Origin: an uncultured bacterium
GTDB taxonomy: Bacteria; Patescibacteriota; Minisyncoccia; Phycocordibacterales; CAIZLB01
DNA length: 64,000 nt
Assembly: GCA_903848795.1 (NCBI GenBank)
Contig: CAINHC010000001.1
Coordinates: forward strand, 14,915-78,914
Direction of reading: 5' to 3'
Shown here: one piece after another, positions 1 through 9,782 of the stretch
Numbering within the stretch: position 1 is the first letter of the stretch
Layout of the letters: every line of letters begins with the position of its first letter
Made by a program: the position numbers and the translations under genes
The notes under the pieces: model-generated
Databases searched by the model: none
The model's input: the letters and a program-made list of their open reading frames with translations, nothing else
What the model was told of the DNA's origin: nothing

Positions 1-19
1 CCTATTTGAGCTTTTTAAT

Positions 20-1200
20 TAAAGACTTTTTCAGTTTTTGCATGTCCTTTTTTCTGTCTTTTAGATGACTTTTTGAAGTCTAAAAGACATGCGCCAGTGC
101 CTAAGAAGATTACAGTAATCAAAACTATACCAAACTACGCCAAGATGTATTTACTCCATCTTCTTTCCCCCACCTTTCTAAGTACCCCATCATATATAAG
201 AGTATTAAGCTCTCTTTGAATTGTCTTTTCACTGCAATCCTTAATATTGTCAGATATGTCTTTAATAGATGATTCCCCTATCTCCTTAATTATACCAAGT
301 ATAAGTTGTTGCCTTTCATTCTTTTGCATTACAGACTTCACCTCAACAGCGACAGCTGTATTTTCGATAATGACTTCCTCCTTAGGTCTTTTGTCTATAG
401 AAACTTTTTCTGATCTGAATACCTTTTCTGAAACACTTGGCATTATCGGTGAAGGTGTAGACTTATATGTAGGTACGGGTGTGGGTGTATGAGCAGATGT
501 AGATGTGGGTGTAGATGTAGATGTGGGCGCAATCGTGGATGCAATAGAAATAGAAGATGAATGAACTTCAGACTTTACACCAAGGACATCATCATTAAGG
601 ACAAAACCTTGCCCTGTTGTACTTGGTCTCTCTCTGTCCTCAATAACCGATATGAAGTTCTTAACCTCAGACTCTAGGACATTGTGATTAGGGATTGAAG
701 TCATGCCTACATTAGATGCAATCTTAGACAGTGAGACAATCTCAACACAAAGGCGACTGATTGAATTTAACACTTCCTTTCTGCATGGAGACGATGCTGT
801 TATTAAGGACAGCGACACTCTCAACAACTCTGCGCCCGATTTTCTCAAGTTGTCCTTTATGGAATCCCCCGCTGGGAAGAAGTCCGTTATCAGATAGATT
901 GCCATGCAAAGCCTTTCTGATTTCTTATGTACAAAGTTAAAATATGGATCACCGTTAAAGAAACTGAGCGACGCTAAATCAAACGCCTTCTCGACTTCAT
1001 TATTTCCATTATTTAATTCATTGTCTCTTAGATTATTCATAGTCTTTTATTATGTCTTTTAAACATTCCGTCACCACCCCATCTTTGTCTTCACTTTTGT
1101 CCTTGATAGATTTGCCCCAAAAAGTCAAAGCTGGGTGGCAAGTTCAAAGACATTATATATAAGTCAGCACCAATGACAAGTCCCAGAGTATAGGACAATG
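20..1200. repeat. Dispersed TGTCYT/ARGACA motif array in and around the wHTH gene
   Basis: About 16 copies counted by eye on both strands (near 43, 55, 84, 222, 257, 583, 598, 635, 676, 806, 851, 1053, 1086, 1098, 1147, 1192). Confidence 0.65.
135..1040 (-). CDS. Hypothetical protein: N-terminal four-helix-bundle-like region, Pro/Thr/Ser linker, C-terminal winged HTH (DeoR-like)
   Basis: 301 aa ORF; C-terminus 'RQQLILGII...SIKDISDNIKDCSEKTIQRELNTLIYDGVLRKVGERRWSKY' has a wHTH pattern; PTSTSTP low-complexity linker. Confidence 0.7.
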   Translation of the reverse strand: MNNLRDNELNNGNNEVEKAFDLASLSFFNGDPYFNFVHKKSERLCMAIYLITDFFPAGDSIKDNLRKSGAELLRVSLSLITASSPCRKEVLNSISRLCVEIVSLSKIASNVGMTSIPNHNVLESEVKNFISVIEDRERPSTTGQGFVLNDDVLGVKSEVHSSSISIASTIAPTSTSTPTSTSAHTPTPVPTYKSTPSPIMPSVSEKVFRSEKVSIDKRPKEEVIIENTAVAVEVKSVMQKNERQQLILGIIKEIGESSIKDISDNIKDCSEKTIQRELNTLIYDGVLRKVGERRWSKYILA

Positions 1201-1257
1201 TGTTTTAATTTGCATTAATTTTTAACCTTAGATAATACATGTTAAAATAAAGGGAAT

Positions 1258-3759
1258 ATGGCAAACAGAGACAAGAAAAAAAATAAAAGAGAGAAGGATG
1301 TATCCCCTAAGGAATATAAAAGAGGGCCCTACAAGTTATCCACAGAAGAAGATGTAATTGAACAAAAAGTACTAAAATCAAGCACTGTACAAAGTGTCTG
1401 GGGAATAGCCATGTTTGTGTTGGCGATCTTCTTCTTATTCGCCTCACTTAATAAAGGGGGCTCTTTGGGGAGCGCGGTCTATAATGCATTCTCCAAACTT
1501 TTGGGACTTGGATACTATTTGATACCCATAACTTTTATCCTACTTGCTATTGCCTTTTTTGGGGAAAGGAACAAAAAATTCTATCTATCCAAGTCCCTTG
1601 GTGCCCTACTATTCCTTCTCTCATCTTTAGGAATCATTAGCTTAATCAACCTAGACAGCGGAGGTTACGTTGGAAAAATGGTCGCAATACCTCTAGTTAA
1701 ACTTTTTGACTATCCAACGAGTTACGTCATTACTATCGCCCTTGCCATAATCTCAATTTTAATAATATATGACTCATCCATCAAAAAGGAGCATTTAATG
1801 TTCTGGAAATTCTTTAGCAAAAAATCTGACGCCGAAGCTCTAGCGTTGGTAAACGATGGAACAATCAAAGAGACTGAGGATGAAAAGATTTCCAAATCTA
1901 TCAAAGATGCTGAGGCTAGCGCTGCGGGCAATAAAGCTGTTCTTGATGCGACAGCTACAAAACCAGGAAACCAAACTGGTAGCACGGACGCCAATGGAAA
2001 TCTAAAGACTCAAGATCAAAACAAGGCAGGTTCTCCTGATGGAAAATCATCGAAAGATAAGGAAGATGAATCAATTGACCTTAAAGCAAAACATACTTGG
2101 AGTGGAAAAGCTTTTGTTCCTCCCCCACTATCAATACTAGAGCAAGACAAAGGAAAGCCGGGGGTTGGAGATATTAAAGCGAATGCAAATATCATCAAAA
2201 GAACTTTGCAGAATTTTGGAATTGACGTTGAGATGGATGAAGTTTCAATTGGTCCATCAGTCACAAGATATGCTCTTAAACCAGCAGAAGGTGTGAAGCT
2301 ATCAAAAATTCTAGGACTTCAAAACAATCTTTCCCTTGCACTCGCTGCTCACCCAATAAGAATCGAAGCTCCAATCCCAGGAAAATCCCTGGTTGGAATC
2401 GAAATTCCAAATACAATCAAGACCACAGTTGGACTTGGCTCCCTTCTTGCACAGGAAGAATATCAAAAATCAGAAAAGCCACTAATGGTCGCACTTGGAA
2501 AAGGTATTTCAGGTAGATCATATTTTACAAATCTTGCAAAAGCTCCCCACATGCTTATTGCCGGAGCAACTGGTTCTGGAAAATCAGTTACAATTCACGC
2601 CATCATTGCTTCCCTTCTATATAAGAACTCATCAGACAATCTTAAGTTCATAATGATTGACCCAAAGAGAGTGGAGCTAACAATGTATAATAAGATCCCT
2701 CATCTCCTAACTCCAGTTATTACAGATGCCAAGAAATCCATCCTTTCTCTTAAATGGGCAGCAAAGGAAATGGAAAGGAGATACAACATTCTTGAGAAGC
2801 ACGGTATTCGTGATATCGATTCATACCACAAGAATATCCTTAAACCGTTACTAGAGAAACGCAAGAACGATGGATTTGTAAAAGGAGAGGAAGCACCTGA
2901 GACAATGCCATATATTGTGATTGTTTTGGACGAGTTAGCAGATATTATGCAGGCCTATCCAAGAGAATTGGAATCTGGAATTGTTAAACTAGCTCAGATG
3001 TCTAGAGCTGTTGGAATTCACCTTATCATTTCTACACAACGCCCTTCCGTTAACGTTATCACAGGTCTTATTAAAGCTAACGTTCCAGCGCGTATCGCCC
3101 TTCAAGTTGCTTCTCAAATTGACTCAAGAACAATTCTTGATATGAGAGGAGCTGAAGAACTCTTGGGAGCTGGAGATATGCTATTCCTTTCAGGCGATAT
3201 CCCAACACCCATTAGAATTCAATGTGCCTATGTTACAGAGAATGAGACCAAGAAATTGGTAAAGTACTTGATAGACTCAGCTGATTCATTACCACAAGAG
3301 ATATCATTCAACGGTGATCAAGGTGCTTCCCCTACCCCTGACCCAGTATTTAACTCATCCTTTGGAGGAAGTGATGATGAAGACGAAGATGATCTCTATG
3401 ATGAGGCAAAACAACTTGTTATAGAAGCGGGACGCGCATCAACTTCGTATTTACAAAGAAAACTACGTGTTGGATACGCTCGCGCCGCAAGATTAATGGA
3501 TATTCTGGAAGACAAGGGTGTTATTGGGCCATCCGATGGTTCAAAGCCAAGAGAGATATTGAGCTATAGTGGAAATCAAGGAGGTAATAGCGGGGATGGC
3601 GGAAACGGAAGCGGTGGTGGTCAGGCTGGAGGATATAACAATGGAACAAATAATGGCAGTAATGATATACTAGATAGTGGATATAATACTAGTACGCCAA
3701 AAAGTAACGATAGAGATGAGAATGATGATATAATAGAAAATAAGGTCGAGGAAGATTAA
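1258..3759 (+). CDS. ftsK: DNA translocase FtsK/SpoIIIE
   Basis: N-terminal TM helices, Walker A GATGSGKS, 'IIDPKRVEL'-type motif, gamma domain 'STSYLQRKLRVGYARAARLMD'. Confidence 0.97.
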   Translation: MANRDKKKNKREKDVSPKEYKRGPYKLSTEEDVIEQKVLKSSTVQSVWGIAMFVLAIFFLFASLNKGGSLGSAVYNAFSKLLGLGYYLIPITFILLAIAFFGERNKKFYLSKSLGALLFLLSSLGIISLINLDSGGYVGKMVAIPLVKLFDYPTSYVITIALAIISILIIYDSSIKKEHLMFWKFFSKKSDAEALALVNDGTIKETEDEKISKSIKDAEASAAGNKAVLDATATKPGNQTGSTDANGNLKTQDQNKAGSPDGKSSKDKEDESIDLKAKHTWSGKAFVPPPLSILEQDKGKPGVGDIKANANIIKRTLQNFGIDVEMDEVSIGPSVTRYALKPAEGVKLSKILGLQNNLSLALAAHPIRIEAPIPGKSLVGIEIPNTIKTTVGLGSLLAQEEYQKSEKPLMVALGKGISGRSYFTNLAKAPHMLIAGATGSGKSVTIHAIIASLLYKNSSDNLKFIMIDPKRVELTMYNKIPHLLTPVITDAKKSILSLKWAAKEMERRYNILEKHGIRDIDSYHKNILKPLLEKRKNDGFVKGEEAPETMPYIVIVLDELADIMQAYPRELESGIVKLAQMSRAVGIHLIISTQRPSVNVITGLIKANVPARIALQVASQIDSRTILDMRGAEELLGAGDMLFLSGDIPTPIRIQCAYVTENETKKLVKYLIDSADSLPQEISFNGDQGASPTPDPVFNSSFGGSDDEDEDDLYDEAKQLVIEAGRASTSYLQRKLRVGYARAARLMDILEDKGVIGPSDGSKPREILSYSGNQGGNSGDGGNGSGGGQAGGYNNGTNNGSNDILDSGYNTSTPKSNDRDENDDIIENKVEED

Positions 3760-3827
3760 TTATTACTACATTTTAAATTTGGAATTTCTTTAGAAATTCT
3801 TCACAGAAGCATTAACCCAATAATAGT

Positions 3828-4331
3828 ATGATAGGAACGCGCAAAAACATTAGAGAAGGAAAAACAATAATTAGAAACGCTCTTATTGTTATTATAATTT
3901 GCGCAATTGGCGGATACGCAGGATTTCAATCAAAAAAAATAATTAGTGGTCCTCAAATCACAATACAAAGCCCCAGCTCAACAAATGCAAATGATGGAGC
4001 AGTGGATGTGTCAGGTGTAGTCAAAAATGTTTCTGTTGTAACTTTGAACGATAGATTAATACCAATAGATGAAGCGGGTCAATTTAAAGAAAAAATTCTT
4101 CTTTATCCAGGATATAACGTTATCAAACTAAAGGCGACAGATAAATTTGGAGCTTGTGTAACAAAGGAACTTCAAGTGGTTTACACTGACAAAAAGGATG
4201 GTGCCGGCGATCAAGCCAATCCTAATCAGAGCGACCAAAGTGAATCTGACACTGCAACCACATCAACAACCACTGCTGTAGCAAGCACAACTATCGCAAC
4301 CACTAGCGCAGGTAGTACGCACAGTAAATAA
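3828..4331 (+). CDS. Membrane-anchored Ig-like domain protein with Thr-rich tail
   Basis: N-terminal TM helix; 'GPQITIQSP...LYPGYNVIKLKATDKFG' beta-sandwich pattern. Confidence 0.65.
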   Translation: MIGTRKNIREGKTIIRNALIVIIICAIGGYAGFQSKKIISGPQITIQSPSSTNANDGAVDVSGVVKNVSVVTLNDRLIPIDEAGQFKEKILLYPGYNVIKLKATDKFGACVTKELQVVYTDKKDGAGDQANPNQSDQSESDTATTSTTTAVASTTIATTSAGSTHSK

Positions 4332-4433
4332 TTTGGATTGATTCGAAAGTCCGTAGCGATTATCTCATTATCAAAATTAAGAATCGGTTTTATTCGGTTT
4401 TATATAAATTAAATAAATAATTTTATTAATATT

Positions 4434-5693
4434 ATGGCAAATAAAAAAGTAGAAATTAGTAAGAAAGTTACAGAAAAAAAAGCGGATGAAAAAGTCGCAA
4501 AAAAAGCTGTGATTAAAGAGCTTGGTAATAAGCCAGCCAGAAAGGAAATGGATGAATTAGAAGATGTAAAAAAAGCTCTCGCTGAAGCACCCGAGGAATC
4601 AATGCCTGAGACTGCAGAAGACGAGGATGATGGAGAAGACGATGAGTCCCCTTCCTCCAAGCCATCTTCAAAATCTTCTTTTGGTTCCAAGAAAAAGGGC
4701 TCGAAAGAAAAGAGTAATGATTCATCGATCAAAGACACTATCGCACAAATCAAAACAAAATTCGGTGACGATGCAATTATGCGTCTTGGAGAAAAACCAA
4801 GAGTTGACGTTAATGCAATTCCAACTGGATCAATCGGACTTGATGCTGCTCTTGGCGTCGGAGGTCTTCCTCGTGGACGTATTATAGAAATATTTGGACC
4901 AGAATCTTCTGGTAAGACAACGCTTTCTCTTCACGTCATTGCGGAAGCGCAGAAGAAAGATGGAATCTGTGCATTTATCGACGCAGAGCACGCAATGGAT
5001 CCAGAATATGCAAAGCGACTTGGTGTTAAGATTGATGAACTTTTAATTTCACAACCAGACACTGGTGAGCAAGCATTGGAGATTGTTGAGAGTTTAGTTA
5101 GATCAGGAAAGCTAGATGTTATTGTCATCGACTCAGTCGCAGCCTTAACTCCAAAGGATGAAATTGAGGGAGATATGGGTGCATCGCACATGGGTAAGCA
5201 AGCAAGATTAATGTCTCAAGCCTTGCGCAAGCTGACTGCAATCGTTGCACGAAGTAAGACTATCGTAATCTTTATCAACCAAATCAGAATGCAAATTGGT
5301 GTTATGTTTGGTAATCCAGAAACAACTCCAGGAGGAAAGGCTCTTAAGTTCTATACTTCAGTTAGATTAGACATCAGAAGAATTGCTCAAATCAAAAAGG
5401 GTGAAGAAATAATGGGAGGACGTGTTCGAGTTAAGGTTGTAAAGAATAAGGTCGCTGCCCCATTTAGACAAACTGAGTTTGATTTAATGTACAACGAAGG
5501 TATTTCAAAGGAGGGAGAGATTATCGCACTAGGCGAGAAGTTGGACATCATCAACAAAAGCGGAACAAGTTATTCTTATGGAGAAGAAAAGCTGGGCCGT
5601 GGATATGATGCAACTCGTCAATTCCTACGAGCTAATACAAAGATTAGTAACGAGATATTAAAGAAGATTAGAGAGCATTTGAAGGAGCTTTAG
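4434..5693 (+). CDS. recA: Recombinase RecA with long charged N-terminal extension
   Basis: [22 protein letters not shown] and GGKALKFY motifs. Confidence 0.98.
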   Translation: MANKKVEISKKVTEKKADEKVAKKAVIKELGNKPARKEMDELEDVKKALAEAPEESMPETAEDEDDGEDDESPSSKPSSKSSFGSKKKGSKEKSNDSSIKDTIAQIKTKFGDDAIMRLGEKPRVDVNAIPTGSIGLDAALGVGGLPRGRIIEIFGPESSGKTTLSLHVIAEAQKKDGICAFIDAEHAMDPEYAKRLGVKIDELLISQPDTGEQALEIVESLVRSGKLDVIVIDSVAALTPKDEIEGDMGASHMGKQARLMSQALRKLTAIVARSKTIVIFINQIRMQIGVMFGNPETTPGGKALKFYTSVRLDIRRIAQIKKGEEIMGGRVRVKVVKNKVAAPFRQTEFDLMYNEGISKEGEIIALGEKLDIINKSGTSYSYGEEKLGRGYDATRQFLRANTKISNEILKKIREHLKEL

Positions 5694-5736
5694 AACCTTC
5701 AAATTTAGCTTGATCTAGTGTGGGGACCAGCGGAAC

Positions 5737-5764
5737 TTGACAGTCAAAAAGTTTTTGGTAAGCT
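5737..5764 (+). promoter_or_regulatory. Sigma70-type promoter (TTGACA-16-TAAGCT, extended -10 TG) with no downstream ORF
   Basis: TTGACA 5737-5742, TG 5756-5757, TAAGCT 5759-5764. Confidence 0.6.
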
Positions 5765-5770
5765 TTAGAT

Positions 5771-5924
5771 ACCTTTCAGATTAGTAGCAATATTAATCTT
5801 TTCGATTCTGACCTACTCGTTAGGCAGATGACAATTAATTAAGGACAGTTTGGGGAAACCCCGTCGAAAGTATGCAAATACTTTTATTTTAGCGATTAAA
5901 ACACCATTTGCTTGGTGTTTTTTT
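5771..5924 (+). ncRNA. Candidate structured sRNA convergent with PemK/MazF gene
   Basis: Hairpins with GCAA/GAAA tetraloops (5778-5799, 5852-5862, 5867-5884), GACCT...AGGCA hairpin (5810-5826), terminator 5898-5924. Confidence 0.5.
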
Positions 5925-5935
5925 CGTTATATATA

Positions 5936-6331
5936 TTATATATATTTGATAAGTTGAATATATCTATCTATTATATTTTTTAGTTCATCTTCAGGTAAGT
6001 AACCCATAATTTCTTTTAATCTATTTATATCAATAGGTCTTATTTGATTTAAAATAACAAATGACTCATTAAACGAAACCTTTATATACCAGTTACCGTC
6101 ATGTTTTTTAGTTGTCAGCGGTGCCGCCAAGAAGAAATTATCAGAAAATACGTTAATTATAACAACAGGTCTAACCAGATTAGGACCAACCCCATTTTGT
6201 TCATACCCCACATTAATACCAAGATAACACCAAAAAATATCACCCAGTCTTATGAAAGTCTTTTGTTGGGGACATTTGTCTTGAGTATTAAAATCGGTCT
6301 TTATTTCTATCTCCATTTTTGTTCCGCCCAT
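5936..6331 (-). CDS. PemK/MazF-family endoribonuclease toxin (no adjacent protein antitoxin)
   Basis: 'GDIFWCYLGINVGYEQNG...RPVVII...APLTT...ILNQIRPIDINRL' PemK signature. Confidence 0.88.
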   Translation of the reverse strand: MGGTKMEIEIKTDFNTQDKCPQQKTFIRLGDIFWCYLGINVGYEQNGVGPNLVRPVVIINVFSDNFFLAAPLTTKKHDGNWYIKVSFNESFVILNQIRPIDINRLKEIMGYLPEDELKNIIDRYIQLIKYI

Positions 6332-6479
6332 TCTAACAAACCAACCCCGAATTTCCCGTAAAGATTTTCTAAAGAATTTCGAAAGTTTTTATATCCAAAT
6401 TTACCTGCCAAACCAAAACCAAAGAAGATCCGACAGAAGCATGGACATCTCCCCTCTTATGGTCTACAATGGCCATATT

Positions 6480-7043
6480 ATGTATGATTATAATGAAATT
6501 ACAGTAAGAAAGTTTATCGTTTTCGAGGGTGAGCCATATGAAGTTATGAGTTCTCATATTTTCAGAAAGCAAATGAGAAAGCCGGTTAACGACACAAAAT
6601 TAAAAAACTTATTAAACGGTAGAATTGTAGAGCATTCATTCGGTGCAACTGACAAGGTATATCAAGCAGAAATCGACTCAAAGAAAATCAAATTCCTATA
6701 TTCAAATAAGGGAGAATGGTGGTTCTGCGAAGAGAACAATCCAGCAGCTCGTTTTAAGATAGACGAGAGCGTACTTGGAAACAGTGGCAAATTCCTCAAG
6801 CCAAATACCGTGGTTGAGGCCTCAGTTTTTGATGAGCATATCTTTAGAGTAGATCTACCTATCAAGGTTGAACTGGTTGTTAAAGAAGCTCCCCCAGTTC
6901 TAAGAGGCGACTCTTCAAAAAGTGGAAACAAGCTTGTTGTTCTTGAAACTGGAGCAGGACTTAACGTCCCAATGTTCGTAGTTGAGGGAGATGTTGTTAG
7001 AATCAACACAGAGACAGGCGAATATGTAGAGCGAGTTAAATAA
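6480..7043 (+). CDS. efp: Elongation factor P
   Basis: 'LETGAGLNVPMFVVEGDVVRINTETGEYVER' C-terminal signature; likely start ATG 6480. Confidence 0.95.
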   Translation: MYDYNEITVRKFIVFEGEPYEVMSSHIFRKQMRKPVNDTKLKNLLNGRIVEHSFGATDKVYQAEIDSKKIKFLYSNKGEWWFCEENNPAARFKIDESVLGNSGKFLKPNTVVEASVFDEHIFRVDLPIKVELVVKEAPPVLRGDSSKSGNKLVVLETGAGLNVPMFVVEGDVVRINTETGEYVERVK

Positions 7044-7101
7044 GCCTTAGCTCAGCATGGCATATCGGCATACTGGCACAGAACCCCAAACTGTCAGCAC
7101 C

Positions 7102-7142
7102 AAAACAAAAACCCCAAGATTTAACTCTGGGGTTTTTGTTTT
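7102..7142. terminator. Bidirectional intrinsic terminator between efp and rpsR
   Basis: AAAACAAAAACCCCA ... TGGGGTTTTTGTTTT inverted repeat. Confidence 0.8.
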
Positions 7143-7190
7143 ATCTTCTACAATGAGGCTTAAAGATAGTCCTAATCGGGCCTAAACTGC

Positions 7191-7394
7191 CTATTGAGCG
7201 ATGAATGGCAGTATAGCCATAAATCTAGCTCTCTTCACAGCCAAAGCCAGCTTACGTTGGCTCTTAGCACTAACGCCAGTTTTCTTTCTTGAAAGAAGTC
7301 TTGCATGTGGATTAAGAAACTTCTTTAGAAGCTCTGTATCTTTGTAGTCAACATGTTTAATGTTGTTTTGTGAGAAATAACAATGTTTTGTCAT
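7191..7394 (-). CDS. rpsR: 30S ribosomal protein S18
   Basis: 'VDYKDTELLKKF...QRKLALAVKRARFMAILPF'. Confidence 0.96.
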   Translation of the reverse strand: MTKHCYFSQNNIKHVDYKDTELLKKFLNPHARLLSRKKTGVSAKSQRKLALAVKRARFMAILPFIAQ

Positions 7395-7470
7395 ATTTTT
7401 AATTTAATTTTCCTATTTAATTTTCCTGTAAGTATCTGGACCGAGCTGTATCGGTCAAGATTGCGCTAGA

Positions 7471-7977
7471 TTAGAATGGAATATCCTCTGGATTGATTTC
7501 TTCCTCTGGATATTCTATTGAATCCAATTGATTTAGTGCATTTCCTGTATCGTCTGCTTTTTTAGCTGAACCAGCGCTAAATCCTGCGCCCGCTCCAGTA
7601 TCAGATCCTGCTCCTGCGTTTCCGTAAGAACTTGAACCTCCAGCTTCTCCAGGTCTGTTTCCAAATTGAATATTGTCTGCGATAACCTCTGTTCTATAAA
7701 GCTTCTTTCCATCAGCACCATCCCAAGAACGAGTCTGCATTCTACCTTCAACTAGTACGCTACTTCCCTTTTTAAGATATTGAGCGGAAGTCTCAGCTTG
7801 ACGACCGAACACCACAACGTTGTGGAAGTCCACTGCTTCTTGCTTTGCTCCGTCCTTGTTCTTCCAAACTCTGTTTGTAGCAACAGAGAATGATGTAACT
7901 GTAATTCCTGATGGCAAAGCCTTAAGCTCTGGATCACGAGTTAAATTTCCGATAATTATTGCTTTGTTTAAATACAT
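7471..7977 (-). CDS. ssb: Single-stranded DNA-binding protein
   Basis: 'NKAIIIGNLTRDPE', C-terminal 'EDIPF'. Confidence 0.97.
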   Translation of the reverse strand: MYLNKAIIIGNLTRDPELKALPSGITVTSFSVATNRVWKNKDGAKQEAVDFHNVVVFGRQAETSAQYLKKGSSVLVEGRMQTRSWDGADGKKLYRTEVIADNIQFGNRPGEAGGSSSYGNAGAGSDTGAGAGFSAGSAKKADDTGNALNQLDSIEYPEEEINPEDIPF

Positions 7978-8016
7978 AATGCTTATTATATAATACTTTA
8001 GGTTTGATTAATACCA

Positions 8017-8583
8017 CTATTCAGTTGCAATATCAGCCACTTTTTCAGTATCTACAATTTCACTAACGGCATCATCAGGTGTTGCGACAGTTGTAACTGC
8101 ATCTTCTGCAGGAACTTCAGTAGCATCATCTTCTGTTGTTATATCCTCAACTGGCTCATCGGCAATCTTAACGATCTTTGATGATGAATCAGCCTTAATC
8201 TCGGCAACTGCTCCAAGGAAAGTATTTTCCCTAACAGTCTTGATTAATAGAAAACGAAGCATTGGACCAAAGGCCTTTATCTCCTTCTCTAGTGGAACTA
8301 TCTCCTCAGGATTAATTTCAAACTTAACCCATCCGAAATATGATGTTAAATAATTCTTTCTATCCGCCTTTACTGTCTTACTTATTGGATACGCAAGGTT
8401 TTTAAACTTAGGCATTTCTTCTGCGATAAATTGTCCTCCGCGCTTCTCAATAAGTGACTTAAGGTGCGAGAATTGTACAGCGACCTCGTCCTCAACTATT
8501 GTTGAGACAAAGTGAAAACCGAGTTCATAGACTCTGTTTTCAAGCTGTTGGTCCTCTTCTATAAGTTCAACTTTTTTTGCCAT
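8017..8583 (-). CDS. rpsF: 30S ribosomal protein S6 with acidic C-terminal extension
   Basis: 'VYELGFHF...LAYPI...LRFLLIK'; rpsF-ssb-rpsR synteny. Confidence 0.9.
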   Translation of the reverse strand: MAKKVELIEEDQQLENRVYELGFHFVSTIVEDEVAVQFSHLKSLIEKRGGQFIAEEMPKFKNLAYPISKTVKADRKNYLTSYFGWVKFEINPEEIVPLEKEIKAFGPMLRFLLIKTVRENTFLGAVAEIKADSSSKIVKIADEPVEDITTEDDATEVPAEDAVTTVATPDDAVSEIVDTEKVADIATE

Positions 8584-8619
8584 GTCAGAAGACTAACACA
8601 AATGGCCGATATGAGCAAA

Positions 8620-8802
8620 TTTGGGGTCAGGCGATCCTCGATCGTAGTGGCGACTACCCCGAATCGCAAAAAAGTGTGTTGTAATTTGAGGGTACACCCA
8701 TGTTTGAACCATCAAGCCCCATAATATGCAATTAAATGTGATGCTTAAAAATTCCCTAATTACAACACATTTTTTGCTTTATACACGGGGCCTGACCCCA
8801 AA
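8620..8802. repeat. ~180 bp nested inverted-repeat element (candidate structured RNA) between tatD and rpsF
   Basis: TTTGGGGTCAGGC 8620-8632 pairs with 8790-8802; 8666-8686 pairs with 8758-8777 (one bulge). Confidence 0.6.
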
Positions 8803-9612
8803 AAACATCCGCCCTACATTCGCCCCTATCTGCTCCCTCGCCTCCTCTACAGAAATACCCTTAATTTCGGCTATTTTTTGAACTACCAACTTAACGTGTA
8901 AAGGTTCAGCCCTCTTGCCTCTAAACGGAACAGGCGCAACATATGGGCAATCCGTCTCAGAAAGAATTTTATCTAAGGGTATTTCCTTGATTATGGATTC
9001 GTAGTCCTTAGCAAAGGTAATAACCCCCGTGAATGAAATTGTAAATCCGCAACTAATGAATGCTTTTGCTTGCTCTATTGAACCAGCAAAGAAGTGTGCA
9101 TTCCCTCGCAATCTTACACCTTGGACCCTAATGTAATTATTAAGAATTTCTAAAGTTTCGTCATAACTGTCTCTACAATGCAACATTAAAGGTTTGTCAA
9201 TAGCTATAGCGATGTCAATTTGTCCTCTAAATATTTTCTCCTGTATTTCTTTAACTTTTAGGACGTCTATATCCGGATTATATTCAGCTAATTTGAAGAA
9301 ATCCAACCCACACTCTCCTATTCCAATAACCTTTGGATGTTTTGCTAATTCCTTGAGTTCAGCAAGCGTACTTTCTACCGCCCCCGCCGTATCCAAATCC
9401 ACTACCTCGTGCGGATGAATTCCAACAATTGCATAAACTCCTTCATCATATTTTTCGGCAATGCTAATGGCCCGCTTTGAAGATTCAATATCAGTTCCAA
9501 CATTTACCACAAAAACGCCTTCATCTAAGGCCCTCCTTAAAACATCTTCCCTATCCGCATCGAACTCAGGAAAATTGACGTGTGCGTGAGTATCTATGTA
9601 TTGGAAATTCAT
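8779..9612 (-). CDS. tatD: TatD family DNase
   Basis: 'IDTHAH', 'GIHPH', 'IGECGLD', 'ETDCPY'. Confidence 0.95.
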   Translation of the reverse strand: MNFQYIDTHAHVNFPEFDADREDVLRRALDEGVFVVNVGTDIESSKRAISIAEKYDEGVYAIVGIHPHEVVDLDTAGAVESTLAELKELAKHPKVIGIGECGLDFFKLAEYNPDIDVLKVKEIQEKIFRGQIDIAIAIDKPLMLHCRDSYDETLEILNNYIRVQGVRLRGNAHFFAGSIEQAKAFISCGFTISFTGVITFAKDYESIIKEIPLDKILSETDCPYVAPVPFRGKRAEPLHVKLVVQKIAEIKGISVEEAREQIGANVGRMFFGVRPRV

Positions 9613-9782
9613 ATAATTATGTCTTTTATTTGTATTATATATTAGTTAGGTTCTTATACAAACTTAAGTCGCACCTAATACAAAATGATACCCGAATTCG
9701 GAAAATCCGCATTTTGAAGACCCAAAATCCCGATTATCGGAAGTGGCATTGCTGATTTTCAGGATTTTGCTATAATATAGCC

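Noticed and set aside
135-1040. DGR accessory (Avd-like) protein suggested by the four-helix-bundle-like N-terminus
   Set aside because: No reverse transcriptase or TR/VR pair in the window, and the C-terminus is a wHTH
5800-5870. Hammerhead ribozyme (CTGA...GAAA words)
   Set aside because: The CUGANGA core is absent (CTGACCT, CAGATGA) and the stems do not fit the topology
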